64,000 nt of DNA from assembly GCA_951406725.2 (NCBI GenBank), contig OX597833.1:40176001-40240000 (forward strand), given 5' to 3'. The notes under the pieces were generated by a model. That model made no database searches and was not told where the DNA came from. It saw nothing but the letters and a program-made list of their open reading frames with translations. The DNA is from Octopus vulgaris (lineage: Eukaryota). Positions 29,863-42,249 of the stretch are shown here, piece by piece (the stretch's first letter is position 1; the number at the start of each line of letters is the position of its first letter). The translations under genes and the position numbers were made by a program.

Positions 29863-30889
29863 ATTTAAAGCAAGAAAATTGGAGAAGTGATAAAAATTCG
29901 AACTACAATGATCTTGATGGATTCCACGATACATTGATCATGATAGTGGACATTCCAAACTCCATATTGAATAAAATAGCATTAACTGTTCATTAAACAA
30001 AATATACAGCCTTCTGTGTACATTGGTTCATTGCTGGATTTGGCAGTATTAGAATGCTAAAGGGACTTTTGAATCAACCTGTATAACACTCTTAAAGTGA
30101 ATATAATGATATATGTGTTTTCAATGGCTATCATCATCCCATCATGGTGTAATTGTTTCAGTTTCAACGCATAATCTCAGATTAAGTCACTTACCAAATA
30201 AGTGCAACACTTAAATTAGTGTATGTGCATGCATGTGTATGTGTGTACATGTATGCATTTGCATGTGTGTGAGTATGTCATTTGAGGCGTATGCATGAAT
30301 ATATATAAACACACATACACATGCATATATACACACACATGGATTTTATTGTGTCTTCTCAGTAGGACTTTTAATTAAAAATTTCAAACTGCAGATACAG
30401 CATGACAATTCTTTCTCCTTATATATCACTCTAAGATATCTCAAGTTTCACCCTATTATTTACCATTATTTGTATTGGGCTTCATACTGTCTCTCTCAGC
30501 TGATATATTTAAACTTCTCTCTAAGCAGCATTTAGTTGATGATTCTTGTTCTGTTGTCTTGAAAGTCAATCTCATGAGATTTGCAATTCTTTTAATAGAT
30601 ATAAGAACTCTAATTTATTTGCCTTGTGTAGCAATACAAAAGATCTCTCTTTGTATTCCAAAATGGAAATATACACAAAAGGAAATTGTGAATTAACTTG
30701 CTAAGATGCTTAATGTAGATGATATTAGATGTTATAAGCTCTGACTTGAGACAACAATGAGAAACAAAGTCAGTTGTTGGCAAGAAATGGATATATAATC
30801 AGAGCCATGTCAGTGGGTTTGTATCTCATCTCCCTCTTATCATGTTGATGCTTATAATATTTTATATTATAGGCACAGGTAACATTGTG

Positions 30890-31090
30890 AAATGGTAGAA
30901 GCATTGGCATGCTGAGTGAATGTTTAGTGGCATTTTGTCTGTCTTCATGTTCTGAGTTCAAATTCTGCCAAGGTCGACTTTGCCTTTCATCTTTTCTAGA
31001 TCAATAAAATAAGTACCAGTTGAGGTCTAGGGTCAATGTAATTGACTTACCCCACCCTCGAAAATGCTGTCCTTGTGCCAAAATTTTAAA
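30890..31090 (+). mobile_element. Family E SINE
   Basis: ttctgagttcaaattctgccaaggtcgactttgcctttcatc...aagtaccagt. Confidence 0.8.
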
Positions 31091-31099
31091 CTCTTATTA

Positions 31100-31248
31100 T
31101 AGGCACAGATGTGGTTATGTGATAAGAAGTTTCCAACCACATAGACTGAGGCTCAGGCCGACTGCATGGCACCTTGGGTGAGTGTCTTCTATTATAACAT
31201 GGGCAAAGCAAGTGGACTTGGTCAACAGAAACTGAGAGAAGCCCATTC

Positions 31249-31250
<2 letters not shown>
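31100..31250 (+). mobile_element. Family B SINE 5' half
   Basis: Degenerate head through aactgagagaagccc, then (TA)n. Confidence 0.7.
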
Positions 31251-31286
<36 letters not shown>

Positions 31287-31287
<1 letters not shown>

Positions 31288-31435
31288 TTTATTTAAAGCA
31301 GCAGAAATTCAACAGAACCTGTTACTCGGAGTTTCCCGTTCCTGTTCGTCGGACAGTTTTGTTAAAATATTTTAACAAAACTGTCCGACAAACAAGTAAC
31401 AGGTTTTGTTGAATTTCTGCTGCTTTTAAATAAAG
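31287..31435. mobile_element. Family H2 fold-back pLTR-like element
   Basis: Inverted arms around gttaaaatattttaac; the left arm has a minus-strand hammerhead-like motif at 31319-31356 (ctgt-CCGACGA-..-GAAA-ctccgag-TA-acag). Confidence 0.65.
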
Positions 31436-31506
31436 CATATTACTCTACCCCTAGTATTTGAGTACTCTTTTTTCCACCTTGTTTCACATTTATGTGTTTA
31501 CTCAGG

Positions 31507-31548
<42 letters not shown>

Positions 31549-31586
31549 TACATATACATATACATATATATATACATGTATATATA

Positions 31587-31622
<36 letters not shown>

Positions 31623-31863
31623 TGTATGTATGTATGTATGTATGTGTATGTGTGTTTATGGGGGTGGGGTGTATGACACAAAATTGTAATCGTCATTTGG
31701 ACGTTGACTAATGAAGAATTAGCTACAAATTTTTTGTTTGTTATGTTTTTGTAAAAATTTTAACAAAACTGTTGAATTTCTGCTGCTTTTAAATAAAGCA
31801 TATTACTCTACCCCTGGTATTTGAGTACTCTTTTTTCCACCTTGTTTCACATGTGTTTACTCC

Positions 31864-31914
<51 letters not shown>

Positions 31915-31949
31915 CATATACATATACATATACATATATATATACATGC

Positions 31950-31987
<38 letters not shown>

Positions 31988-31988
31988 G

Positions 31989-32022
<34 letters not shown>

Positions 32023-32407
32023 TGTATGTATGTATGTATGTGTATGTGTGTTTATGGGGGGGGTGTATGACACAAAATTGTAATGGTCATTTGGACGTTG
32101 ACTAATGAAGAATTAGCTACAAATTTTTTGTTTATGTTTTTGTAAAAATTTTAACAAAACTGTCGAATTTCTGCTGCTTTTAAATAAAGCATATTACTCT
32201 ACCCCTGGTATTTGAGTACTCTTTTTTCCACCTTGTTTCACATTTATGTGTTTACTCCGGTATATATATATATATATATATACATGTATATATATATGTA
32301 TATATATATGTATATGTATATGTATATGTATATTTATATATATATATATATATATATATAAATATACATATACATATACATATACATATATATATACATA
32401 TATATAT

Positions 32408-32465
<58 letters not shown>

Positions 32466-32560
32466 TAGATACAAAACCACTATTATATGCAAATCAAACA
32501 AAGAAAGACTTAAGCCAATACATAAAATAATTTATATAAATTAAAATTTAACATATGAAT

Positions 32561-32612
32561 AACCACTACGATCGTTTCGTGTCAGCACATCTTAGACATT
32601 CTTCAGGTGGTT
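32561..32612 (-). ncRNA. Type-I hammerhead ribozyme motif
   Basis: aaccac-CTGAAGA-a-tgtc-taagatgtgct-gaca-c-GAAA-CGATCG-TA-gtggtt: 6-bp stem I, 4-bp stem II, palindromic stem III, GUA site. Confidence 0.75.
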
Positions 32613-32636
32613 TCAAACTCGCTAAGAAGGTTTTGA

Positions 32637-32688
32637 AACCACCTGAAGAATGCATAAGATGTGCTGACACGAAACGATCGTAGTGGTT
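32637..32688 (+). ncRNA. Type-I hammerhead ribozyme motif (stem II mutated)
   Basis: aaccac-CTGAAGA-atgcataagatgtgctgacac-GAAA-CGATCG-TA-gtggtt. Confidence 0.65.
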
Positions 32689-32870
32689 ATTCATATGTTA
32701 AATTTTAATTTATATAAATTATTTTATGTATTGGCTTAAGTCTTTCTTTGTTTGATTTGCATAATAGTGGTTTTGTCTCTAATTTGATATAATATAATAT
32801 TTTATTATAAAATTTGATTCAATCTTAAATCTGATTTTTCCTTGTAAATTTGGATTTATTCCCTAATATT

Positions 32871-32969
<99 letters not shown>

Positions 32970-34009
32970 TGTATGTATGTATGTGTATGTGTGTTTATGG
33001 GGGTGGGTGTATGACACAAAATTGTAATGGTCATTTGGATGTTGACTAATGAAGAATTAGCTACAAATTTTTTGTTTGTTATGTTTTTGTAAAAATTTCC
33101 ATGTTTTGTTTCTATTAAATTTTTGAAATATGTATATATGTATATATGTATGTATGTATATATATAGATGTTCATATGTGTATACTTGTGTGTTACTGTC
33201 TCTTCTCTGACTTCATGTGATTGCCGAAAACGAATGCCACTGTACAAAGCACTGTAACAAATCAGTGCTGGCTTTAATTTCTATAGAAAATCTGTAGAGA
33301 TGACCTTAACAAGTGATTTAATAGCACTGCTAACACAGTAGAACACAGTTTTGATTTACGAAGTGTTTAATATACTTTGTAGTATATTGTGGTTACATAA
33401 CGAAATATGGTGTCCCTGCAAGTAACTAAAAAGCAATATCTATAAATACAACCAAGCAAATATAAAATCATACATGAAGACAAGAGAACAAATACATCAA
33501 TCTGCAATGGTGCAGTAGGCAATGTATTCTTCTCAAAATGCAAGCTTCCTATTATATGCAGTTTGTCTTTTTATTTTTTAAATTTCTTTTTTTTCACTAA
33601 TTTTTAAAAAATTACTTTTTAAATTCTATTTTTTCTTTCCTCAAAAAACAATACTATTTTATTCTTTATTTCATTTTTGTATTATTTTTGAAGTTACAAT
33701 CTCTTGAATTTCAAATAATTTCTTATTTACTTTCCCTAGGAATATAGAATGTTCTAGAAGACATCTTATGTTAAGAATGTTGTATTTTTGATTTTCTAAC
33801 TCTTAATATCTTAGTCTCTTATATACAGATGTTTTGTTACATGAAGTATATTTTTGTTTGTTTTCTTTGCCAACTACCATCAATTACTTAACTGTATATG
33901 ATAGTATATATCAACAATATGACTTAACATAAAATATCTCAATAGAGATTTCAGGATCTGATATATGTAGTATAATGAGCTGAAAGCTTTCATTTGAGTT
34001 TATCCAAGG

Positions 34010-34258
34010 AATTCCTTCTCGAGCCATGCCAGGCTCATAAGGGCTGGTTTCCCGGTTTCAGTGGCATAGAAATTACCCACCTGGATGGGAAGCTGGTCTG
34101 TCGCAGGATAACTCACTTTTGCCAGCTGAGTGGACTGGAGCAACGTGAAAAGAAGTGTTTTGCTCAAGAACACAATGCATCGCCCGGTCCAGGAATCGAA
34201 ACCACAACCTTACGATCATGAGTTCAACACCCTCACCACTAAGTCATACGCCTTCGCA
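34010..34258 (-). mobile_element. Family D SINE
   Basis: Reverse complement of 27940-28190. Confidence 0.85.
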
Positions 34259-34468
34259 TATCCAAGTAATTAGTATACTAAAATTTGTTCTAAATATTTG
34301 TAAAATCTAAAATAAAAACAAGAGACATCACTTAAATAACATCAACGGATGAGTATTTGTGGACTATTTAAACAAAACTGATTAAAAGAAGGTCTCATCT
34401 TTAAAACTAATTATTTAAAGCAACAGGATAAGACCAACTCTGTATTGTAGTTCGGTTATTTATTTTTC

Positions 34469-35145
34469 AAATGTGGTATGCAAGAGAGGCGACTGCACTG
34501 GTATGGCCATGTGTTATGTATGAATGAAGATAGCTGTGTGAGGAAGAGCCACTCCCTAACTGGAGAAGGAACTTGTAGAAGAAGTAGACCCAGGAAGACA
34601 TGGGATGAGGTAGTGAAGCATGACCTTTGAACATTGGGCCTCACAGAGGCAATGACAGGAGACTGGGACCTTTGGAGATGTGCTGTAATTAAGAAGACCT
34701 GGCAACTAAAGTGAGATCACAGCCACGCATGTCCGGCCCTGTTAAGAATACCCTGATGCATAGGGCAATATGATATGCTTGAGAAGACCTGTTGAGCCAA
34801 ATAAAACCAATATCATAGCTGGAGCCAGTAAAAAGCACCAAACGATCATGACTGATGCTAGTACCCCCATGACTGACTCCAGTGATGGTTGCATGTAAAA
34901 AGTACCATCCAAACGTGATCATTGCCAGGCCTGCCTGACTGGCTCCTGTGCTGGTGGCACATAAAAAGTACCCACTACACTCTTGGAATGATTGGCGTTA
35001 GGAAGGGTATCCAGCTGTAGAGACATTGCCAAATCAGATTGGAGCCTGTTGCAGCCTCTGGCTCTCCAGACCTCAGTCAAATCATCCAACCCATGCCAGC
35101 ATAGAAAACGAACGTTAAACGGTGATGATGATGATGATGATGATG
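34469..35145 (+). mobile_element. RTE LINE 3' end: ORF C-terminus (to about 34714) plus the 3'UTR that defines family A
   Basis: QERRLHWYGHVLCMNEDSCVRK...EGTCRRSRPRKTWDEVVKHDL*TLGL...DLWR, continuous with the ~60-bp units, core and (GAT)n tail. Confidence 0.9.
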
Positions 35146-36449
35146 AGGAAAATTTGAAAGCATTCATTAGTGCAATGATGCATGGCTTGTTGATTACTTG
35201 ATATGGTTGGACAGAAGTGACAGAAGTCAAAATTTCAAATTAATACAATGTGGGATGTTTTTGAACTTTACTGACAACTTATATTTAGAAAATGTAATAT
35301 AATTCTTCTTATTTGGGTTACAGAATGTGTGTTTGTGTTGATGATATCTTATTTTGAATTTATTATAAGTTAACACACACACACATATGTATATATATAT
35401 ATATAAGATTGCAGTTGATGTATGTTAGTGATTACTGTTGCACTATAAGCTAGGTTACTAAGTAGGCAATTACTGTCTAACTAGCACGAAAAAGAGTGTT
35501 ACAATTGCAATTGGTTGGACTGGGTGTATAGCTTTTCCATATAAACTCTTATTTTCCTGTCCACCAAGTCAAATCACCCATAAAGTAATTTCTTAACATA
35601 CCACAATAAAATAATACACTATGACCCCCACACCTACTTTTCAGCTACAATGTTCAAACAAATTAACCCCAAAATAACTATATATAAGATTTGGAAAATC
35701 AAAGTAATTTACAATATAATGAAAGCTATACAGCTGAAACTTTGAAGTGATTGTCAATTTTTTCCTTATAAAAATATGATATTTTACTTCACCGAAAAGT
35801 ATTGCATGATTTAGTGATGCTGACACAGCTTTATAGCATTGGTGAGAGTGATGATGGTGGTAGTGGTGATGATGGTACTGGTACTAAAAGTACCATCAGC
35901 TGTGGTGGTACTATTGTTGTTTCATTTAATCCCAGCTCAACACTAATGGGACAAACCTATAGTCAAAGTCATTCCAATCATGACCATCCTGTCTCTTTAT
36001 TGATATCTAGGGCTGTTTTTAGATAAGACAGTAAGGTAAGGTATTAGAGTAGATATGGTTGCTACTTCTGGAAAATTGAATGGTGTCAGGGGCTTTCCTG
36101 TTGCTTCTTGTTGGTGGCAGCAGTGGTGGGGATGGTTACGCTGAACGTTGTGATGTTGCTAATGATGGTGATGATGGATGTTGTGGTAGTGGTGATGGTG
36201 GTGACGGTGGTGGCTGTGGTTGTGATGTAGTTGGTGATGTGGTCTGCAACAATGATGATGATGATGAGGTGTTAGGTGTCGCTTGGGATGATAGAGGTGT
36301 TGGTTGAGGTGGTGGTATAGGTAGTGGTGATGGTGGTACTGGAAGCAATAGTGGCTGTGATGAGAGTGTTGTAGTGGTATAGATAGGGGTGAAAGTATAA
36401 ATAGTGGTAACTAACAGAAGCAGTGGTAACAGTTATATGAAATGTCTTT

Positions 36450-36960
36450 TCTTTCCCCATCCAAAACCCATCTCTCTCATTCTCTTTCCCTCCTTCCCCT
36501 CATCCTCCCTCTCCCATCCCTCTCCCTCTCTCCATTTCTCCACTCTCTCCCTCTCTCCATCCCTTCTTTCTATCCTTCTCTCTCCATCCCCCTCTCTCTA
36601 TCCCCTATTCCTCTCTCCATCCATCTCTCCCTCCCTATCTCCATCTCTCTCTCTCTATCCTGCTCACCAGCTCTCTCTTCCTCACTCTTTCCTTCCCTCT
36701 CTTCCTCTCCCTCTCTCTCACACACATCCTCTGTCCCTCTACGTCTCTTTCACATTTTTTCTCACTCACTCTCCCCCTCTCATTAACTTACGGACTCCCT
36801 TCCATCAAGTCATTCTCTTTCTATCCTAAAATCTCCCTCTACCTCTCTCTTCCATTCTCTCACTCTCTTTTTCCCTCCTGTTCTCACTATCTCTTTTCCT
36901 CTTTCTTTCTCTGGTTTGCTTCCTTACACCAACACTTATACACTTTCTCCCCATCCCTCC

Positions 36961-37012
<52 letters not shown>

Positions 37013-37015
37013 TTC
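36450..37015. repeat. Polypyrimidine (CT-rich) tract
   Basis: Seen directly. Confidence 0.9.
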
Positions 37016-37203
37016 TACCAAACTACCTATGTTTCTGTCTATCTCAGGCTGTGTATCTGTCTCATTTTGTCTTTAACTAAATTATCACACAATAATTTTC
37101 TAACGTTAATTCTATTTGCAATTCACAACAAAAACAGCAAGAACAATTATCTTTGAATTATTCCAAATTCCTATTTTAGAAATCAATACATACATACATA
37201 CAT

Positions 37204-37250
<47 letters not shown>

Positions 37251-37452
37251 TACATACATACATACATATACACACACACACATACATACATACATACATA
37301 CATACACACATACATACATACATACATGCATACATACATACATACATACATATAGATATATATATATATATGTGTATATACACACACATACACATATGTA
37401 TATACATGTACATGCATGATGCATGCAAACGAATATATTCATGTATAATGTG

Positions 37453-37520
<68 letters not shown>

Positions 37521-38166
37521 TGTATGTATGTATGTGTATACACATAAATATATATTATCTGATAAATATATACATATGCACATATAAACACACAAACACA
37601 AGTAAAACATACATGCATATATAAGTGTATATGGACATACACTAACACAAAACCTTATTAACGTATGTACATAAACGCCTGCACAAAAAAAGAACAAATA
37701 TGCATTCATATACACATAATTTACCATGCAGATATATGCATACACAAGTGTCCATACACAAACAAACACACATCGTATATACATGCACACATACACATAC
37801 ATACACATATATAAATATATCTCTGTGTATGAATATAGCTAACATGAAGGCAGGGGAGAGTAGGTGATGACTGGCAGTTGAGAAAAGGTGTAAAATAGTA
37901 GAATAGTAATAATAAAAAAGACTATAGAAGAATGAAAGAAAGATAGATAACAAGAGGATGGATAGTGGGTAGGTTGTAAGTGTGTGTGAGCAGATTGATA
38001 TAGACATTTATATATCCATAGATATATATACAGATGTGTATATGTATGTATATATATATATATATAAATATATATATATAGAGAGAGAGAGAGAAAATAG
38101 TAAAAAGTGAAAAAACTTTTAAAAACTTCACAAACCAACTTTCTCATCTATATATATATATATATA

Positions 38167-38380
38167 GTTAATCCAAACATGAAAACACAAAGAGAAAACA
38201 CAACAACGCGAGGATGTGGAACAAGTATAGTGTTATTGGACGCTCAGGAAAGGAAAGAAAGAAGGAGGATTTAACGTTTCGAGTGGAGCTCTTCGTCAGA
38301 AACATAAGAAAAGGAAAGATCCAAGGAAGGGAAGACGGAGGAAAAAAAATCGCCAACGGTACACACACGGTTGCATTTTG
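38167..38380 (-). mobile_element. Family H1 copy; hammerhead motif at 38269-38303
   Basis: Minus strand gttt-CTGACGA-a-gag-ctcca-ctc-GAAA-CGTT-aaat. Confidence 0.75.
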
Positions 38381-38401
38381 AATGTATGTATGTATGTATG
38401 T

Positions 38402-38690
38402 ATAGGCACAGGTATGACTGTGAGGTAAGAAGATTGCTTCCATCCATATGGTTCTGGGTTCAGTTTCACTGCATGGCACCTTGGGTGTCTTCTACTACAA
38501 CCTCAGGCCAACCAAAGCCTTATGAGTGGATTTAATGGATGGAAACTGAAAGATGCCAGTCGACTTTGCCTTTCATCCTTTCAGGGTTAATAAATTCAGT
38601 ACCAGTTATGCACTGGGGTCGATGTAATCTGTCCTTGTTTGTCCTTGTTTGTCCCTTCTATGTTTAGCCCCTTGTGGGCAATAAAGAAAT
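38402..38690 (+). mobile_element. Chimera: family B 5' half joined to family E 3' half
   Basis: Junction gaaagatgccagtc|gactttgcctttcatcc at about 38560. Confidence 0.75.
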
Positions 38691-38802
38691 AATAGAGACA
38701 GAAAGGCTTAAAAAAGTAAGTACTGCACTCAATTTATTTGACTAAATATTCTAATAAGTGAAACAAGTAAAAGATAAAAGATAAAAGTGATACATACACA
38801 TA

Positions 38803-38964
38803 TAGGCGTAGGAGTGGCTGTGTGGTAAGTAGCTTGCTTACGAACCACATGGTTCCGGGTTCAGTCCCACTGCATGGCACCTTGGGTAAGTGTCTTCTAC
38901 TATAGCCTCGGGCCAACCAAAGCCTTGTGAGTGGATTTGGTAGATGGAAACTGGAAGAAGCCCG

Positions 38965-39011
<47 letters not shown>

Positions 39012-39218
39012 CGTGTTTGTGTGTCTGTGTTTGTCCCCCTAACATCGCTGGTGTGTTTACATCCCCGTAACTTAGCAGTTCGGCAAAAAAAAAGAGACCG
39101 ATAAAATAAGTACTAGACTTACAAAGAATAAGTCCTGGGGTCGATTTCATCGACTAAAGGCGGTGCTCCAGCATGGCCACAGTCACATGACTGAAACAAG
39201 TAAAAGAGTAAAGAGAGT
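38803..39218 (+). mobile_element. Family B SINE, near full length reference copy
   Basis: Head tggctgtgtggtaag / gggttcagtccc, internal (TA)n, tail (gtaaaaga)n. Confidence 0.9.
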
Positions 39219-39724
39219 AATATCCAGCGAAAATATTCTACCGGTTTTATGTTCACATTGGCCTCTCACACCTACCGTACACTGTCATTCTAAAAATATA
39301 CAATCACATCATCGAAATCTGGAAGCTACAAGATAATGTATTAGTTCAAAACAGTATGAATATATAAGCATTACATTTGACAGAGTGGAGGCACATGGCC
39401 TAGTGGTTAGAGCAGCAGACTCACGGTTGAGGGATCGGGGGTTTGAATCTCAGACCCGGCATTGCGTGTTTATGAGCGAAACACCTAAGTTCCACGCAGC
39501 TCCGGTAGAAGGTAATGGCGAACTTCTGCTGACTCTTTCACCACAACTTTCTCTCTCTCTTTTCTCCTGCATCTTGCAGCTCACCTGCGACGGACTGGCG
39601 TCCAGTCTAGGTGGGGAACCTATATGTCAAGGAAACCGTGAAACAGGCCCTTATGAGCCAGGCATGGCTCAAGAAGGAACAAACAAAACAAAACATTTGA
39701 CAGAGTAATCTGAATGCTAAAGGG
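39219..39724. mobile_element. piggyBac-type MITE (family of 55666-55886) interrupted by a family C SINE
   Basis: Ends aatctgaatgctaaagggTTAA; left end missing. Confidence 0.8.
39387..39692 (+). mobile_element. Family C SINE with 14-bp TSD
   Basis: acatttgacagagt at 39373-39386 and 39693-39706. Confidence 0.92.
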
Positions 39725-40069
39725 TTAAATTTGTTAAAAAATTTCTGACTAATCAAATTATTCCATTATTAAAAGAAAAACATTCATTAACCACCAGGTA
39801 GTGTAGAACTAGTAACTGACATATAACATGCTTATTTTTAAACAAAACATTTTGCTTTTGTACACTTTAAAAATTTTTTAATTTCAAACTTTGAAATTGT
39901 CTTAAACATTTAAAGGGTAATTTTTCTTGCCTATGTAAATACAAACATGGCTGTGTGATTAAGACGCTTGATTTGCAACCATGTGGTTTTGGCTTCAGTT
40001 CCATAGTGTGGCATTTTGAGCAAACATCTTCCACTGTAGCTTCGGTTCAAACAATATTTTGTAAGTTGA

Positions 40070-40300
40070 AGGCAGCAAGCTGGCAGAAACGTTAGAATGC
40101 CAGGTGAAATGCTTAGTGGTATTTTGTCTGTCTTTACATTCTATGTTCAAATTCCGCAGAGGTCGACTTTGCCTTTCATCCTTTCGGGGTTGATAAATTA
40201 AGTACCAGTTACGCACTGGGTTTGATGTAATCACCTTGATCCATTTGTCTGTCCTTGTTTGTCCCTTCTGTGTTTAGCCCCTTGTGGGTAGTAAAGAAAT
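40070..40300 (+). mobile_element. Family E SINE, full length (partial second copy 40305-40380)
   Basis: Reverse complement of 55198-55430. Confidence 0.88.
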
Positions 40301-40409
40301 TGATATTTTGTCTGCTGCTACGTTCTGAGTTCAAATTCCACCGAGGTCAACTTTGCCTTTCATCCTTTCAGGCCTTGTGCCTAGAGCAGAAAAGAATATT
40401 TTATGAATT

Positions 40410-40902
40410 GATTTGGCAGATGGAAACTGTGTTGAAGTTTGGTGTCTCTGTGCATGTTATTGTATGAGTGTATGTGCATTTGTGTGTTTGGGTGAATACG
40501 TTTGTCAGTATGTGTATGTGTGAATATGTATCTTTATGTTCCTCCACCACCAAATGACAACCAGGGTTTGTTTATCCATGTCCCTGTAACTCAGGAAAAA
40601 ATTCAGCAGAAAGGACTGACAGAATAAGTAGTTGATTTAGAAAAAATAAGTACTGGGGTTGATTTGTTCAACAGAAACCCTTCGTGGTGGGGCTCCAGCA
40701 TGACCGCAGTCCAGCGGTTAAAACATCTGAAAGATGATTTTGAATTGGTGTGGCCATGTGGTAACAAGTTTTCTTCCCAACCACATGGTTCCAGCTTCGG
40801 TCCCTCTGTGTAGCACTTTGGAAAAGTGTCTTCTTCTATAACCTTGGGCTGACCAAAGCCTTGTGAGCGAATTTGGTAGAAAGAAACTGAAAGAAACTCA
40901 CC

Positions 40903-40957
<55 letters not shown>

Positions 40958-41225
40958 TGAGTGTGTGTGTGTGTGTGAATGTATGTATGCATATATACAT
41001 GTGTGTGTGCGTTTGTGTGTGTCGTTCTATTTGTGTTTGTCACCCACCACTGCTGGAGAACCAGTGTTTGTGCGTTTACATCCCTGTAACTTAGTGCTTT
41101 AACAAAAGACACCAATAGAATAAGTATCAGGCTTTTAAAAAAAATAAGTCAATTCATTCAGCCAAACTTCTTCAAGGCAATGCCCCAGCATGGCCACAGT
41201 TAAATAACTGAATCAAGTAAAGATA
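40410..41225 (+). mobile_element. Two tandem family B SINEs (about 40410-40735 partial; 40747-41225)
   Basis: Homology to other B copies. Confidence 0.75.
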
Positions 41226-41716
41226 ATTATCATTGTAATTTAATGAATTAATAGCAGAGAGAGGGTCCTATTAATTTAACGTCAAAGAATTCCCATAATC
41301 AATTTTACAACCCAATTCTATAGAGATCGTCATCACAATAAATTATAGTTATGCACTTTAATTAAAATATTGGAAACTAAGTATACTTCAATCAAACCAT
41401 GGAGTTTATGAATTAATATTCCTTTTAGAATAGACTAAAATATCAGCATATCAATTTTGAGGAGAATTGGGTTGAATTTATTCAGATTAATGAAATGTGC
41501 TTGCCATAATGGATTAAACTAGAAGGCTTTCAAGTTAGAGATAAATGACCATTCTTAAATGCATTAATACAGAAGATTTAATAAAATTTAGAATAATTGA
41601 AATGATTATAAAGTAAGAAATAAATTTAAAGATATTTGGTGCAAAAGATTCTTTTCTGAAGCCTTAGTTTCTACATTTAGAATCAAGAAATAAATACATA
41701 TAAATCTATGCACACA

Positions 41717-41777
<61 letters not shown>

Positions 41778-41781
<4 letters not shown>

Positions 41782-42225
41782 TCATCATCATCATTTAATG
41801 TCCGCTTTCCATGCTAGCATGGGTTGGACGATTTGACTGAGGACTGGCAAACCAGATGGCTGCACCATTCTCGAATCTGATATGGATGCCCTTCCTAACA
41901 CCAACCTCTCCGAGAGCGTTGTGGGTGCTTTTACGTGCCACTGGCACGAGGGCCAGTCAGGTGGTACTGGCAACGGCCACGCTCAAATGATGTTTTTTAT
42001 GTGCCACCTGCACAGGAGCCAGTCCAGCAGCACTGGCAACGACCTCGCTTGAATGTTTTTTCACGAGCCACCGGCACAAGTGCCAGTAAGGAGATGCTGG
42101 TAATGATCATGCTCAAATGGTGCTTTTTACATGCCACTGGCATAGAAGCCAGTCAGCTGCTCTGGCAACGATCACGCTCGGATGGTGCTCTTAGCGCTCC
42201 ACTAGCACGGATGCCAGTCATCAAA
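41778..42225 (-). mobile_element. Family A RTE 3'UTR copy
   Basis: (CAT)n tail, core, about five units. Confidence 0.88.
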
Positions 42226-42249
42226 TTTGATTTTTGTATGTACAGTTTA

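Larger units (their letters stand above)
32462..32872. mobile_element. Family H3 inverted pLTR-like element inserted in (TA)n
   Basis: Arms 32462-32617 and 32632-32785, 14-nt spacer, about three mismatches and one 2-nt indel; right arm extends about 85 bp further. Confidence 0.8.
31369..33098 (+). repeat. Tandem triplication of a ~390-bp composite unit
   Basis: Units start at about 31369, 31758 and 32149; each is an H2 arm plus microsatellite plus gtgtatgacacaaaattgtaat...gtaaaaattt; unit 3 contains the 32462-32872 insertion. Confidence 0.9.
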
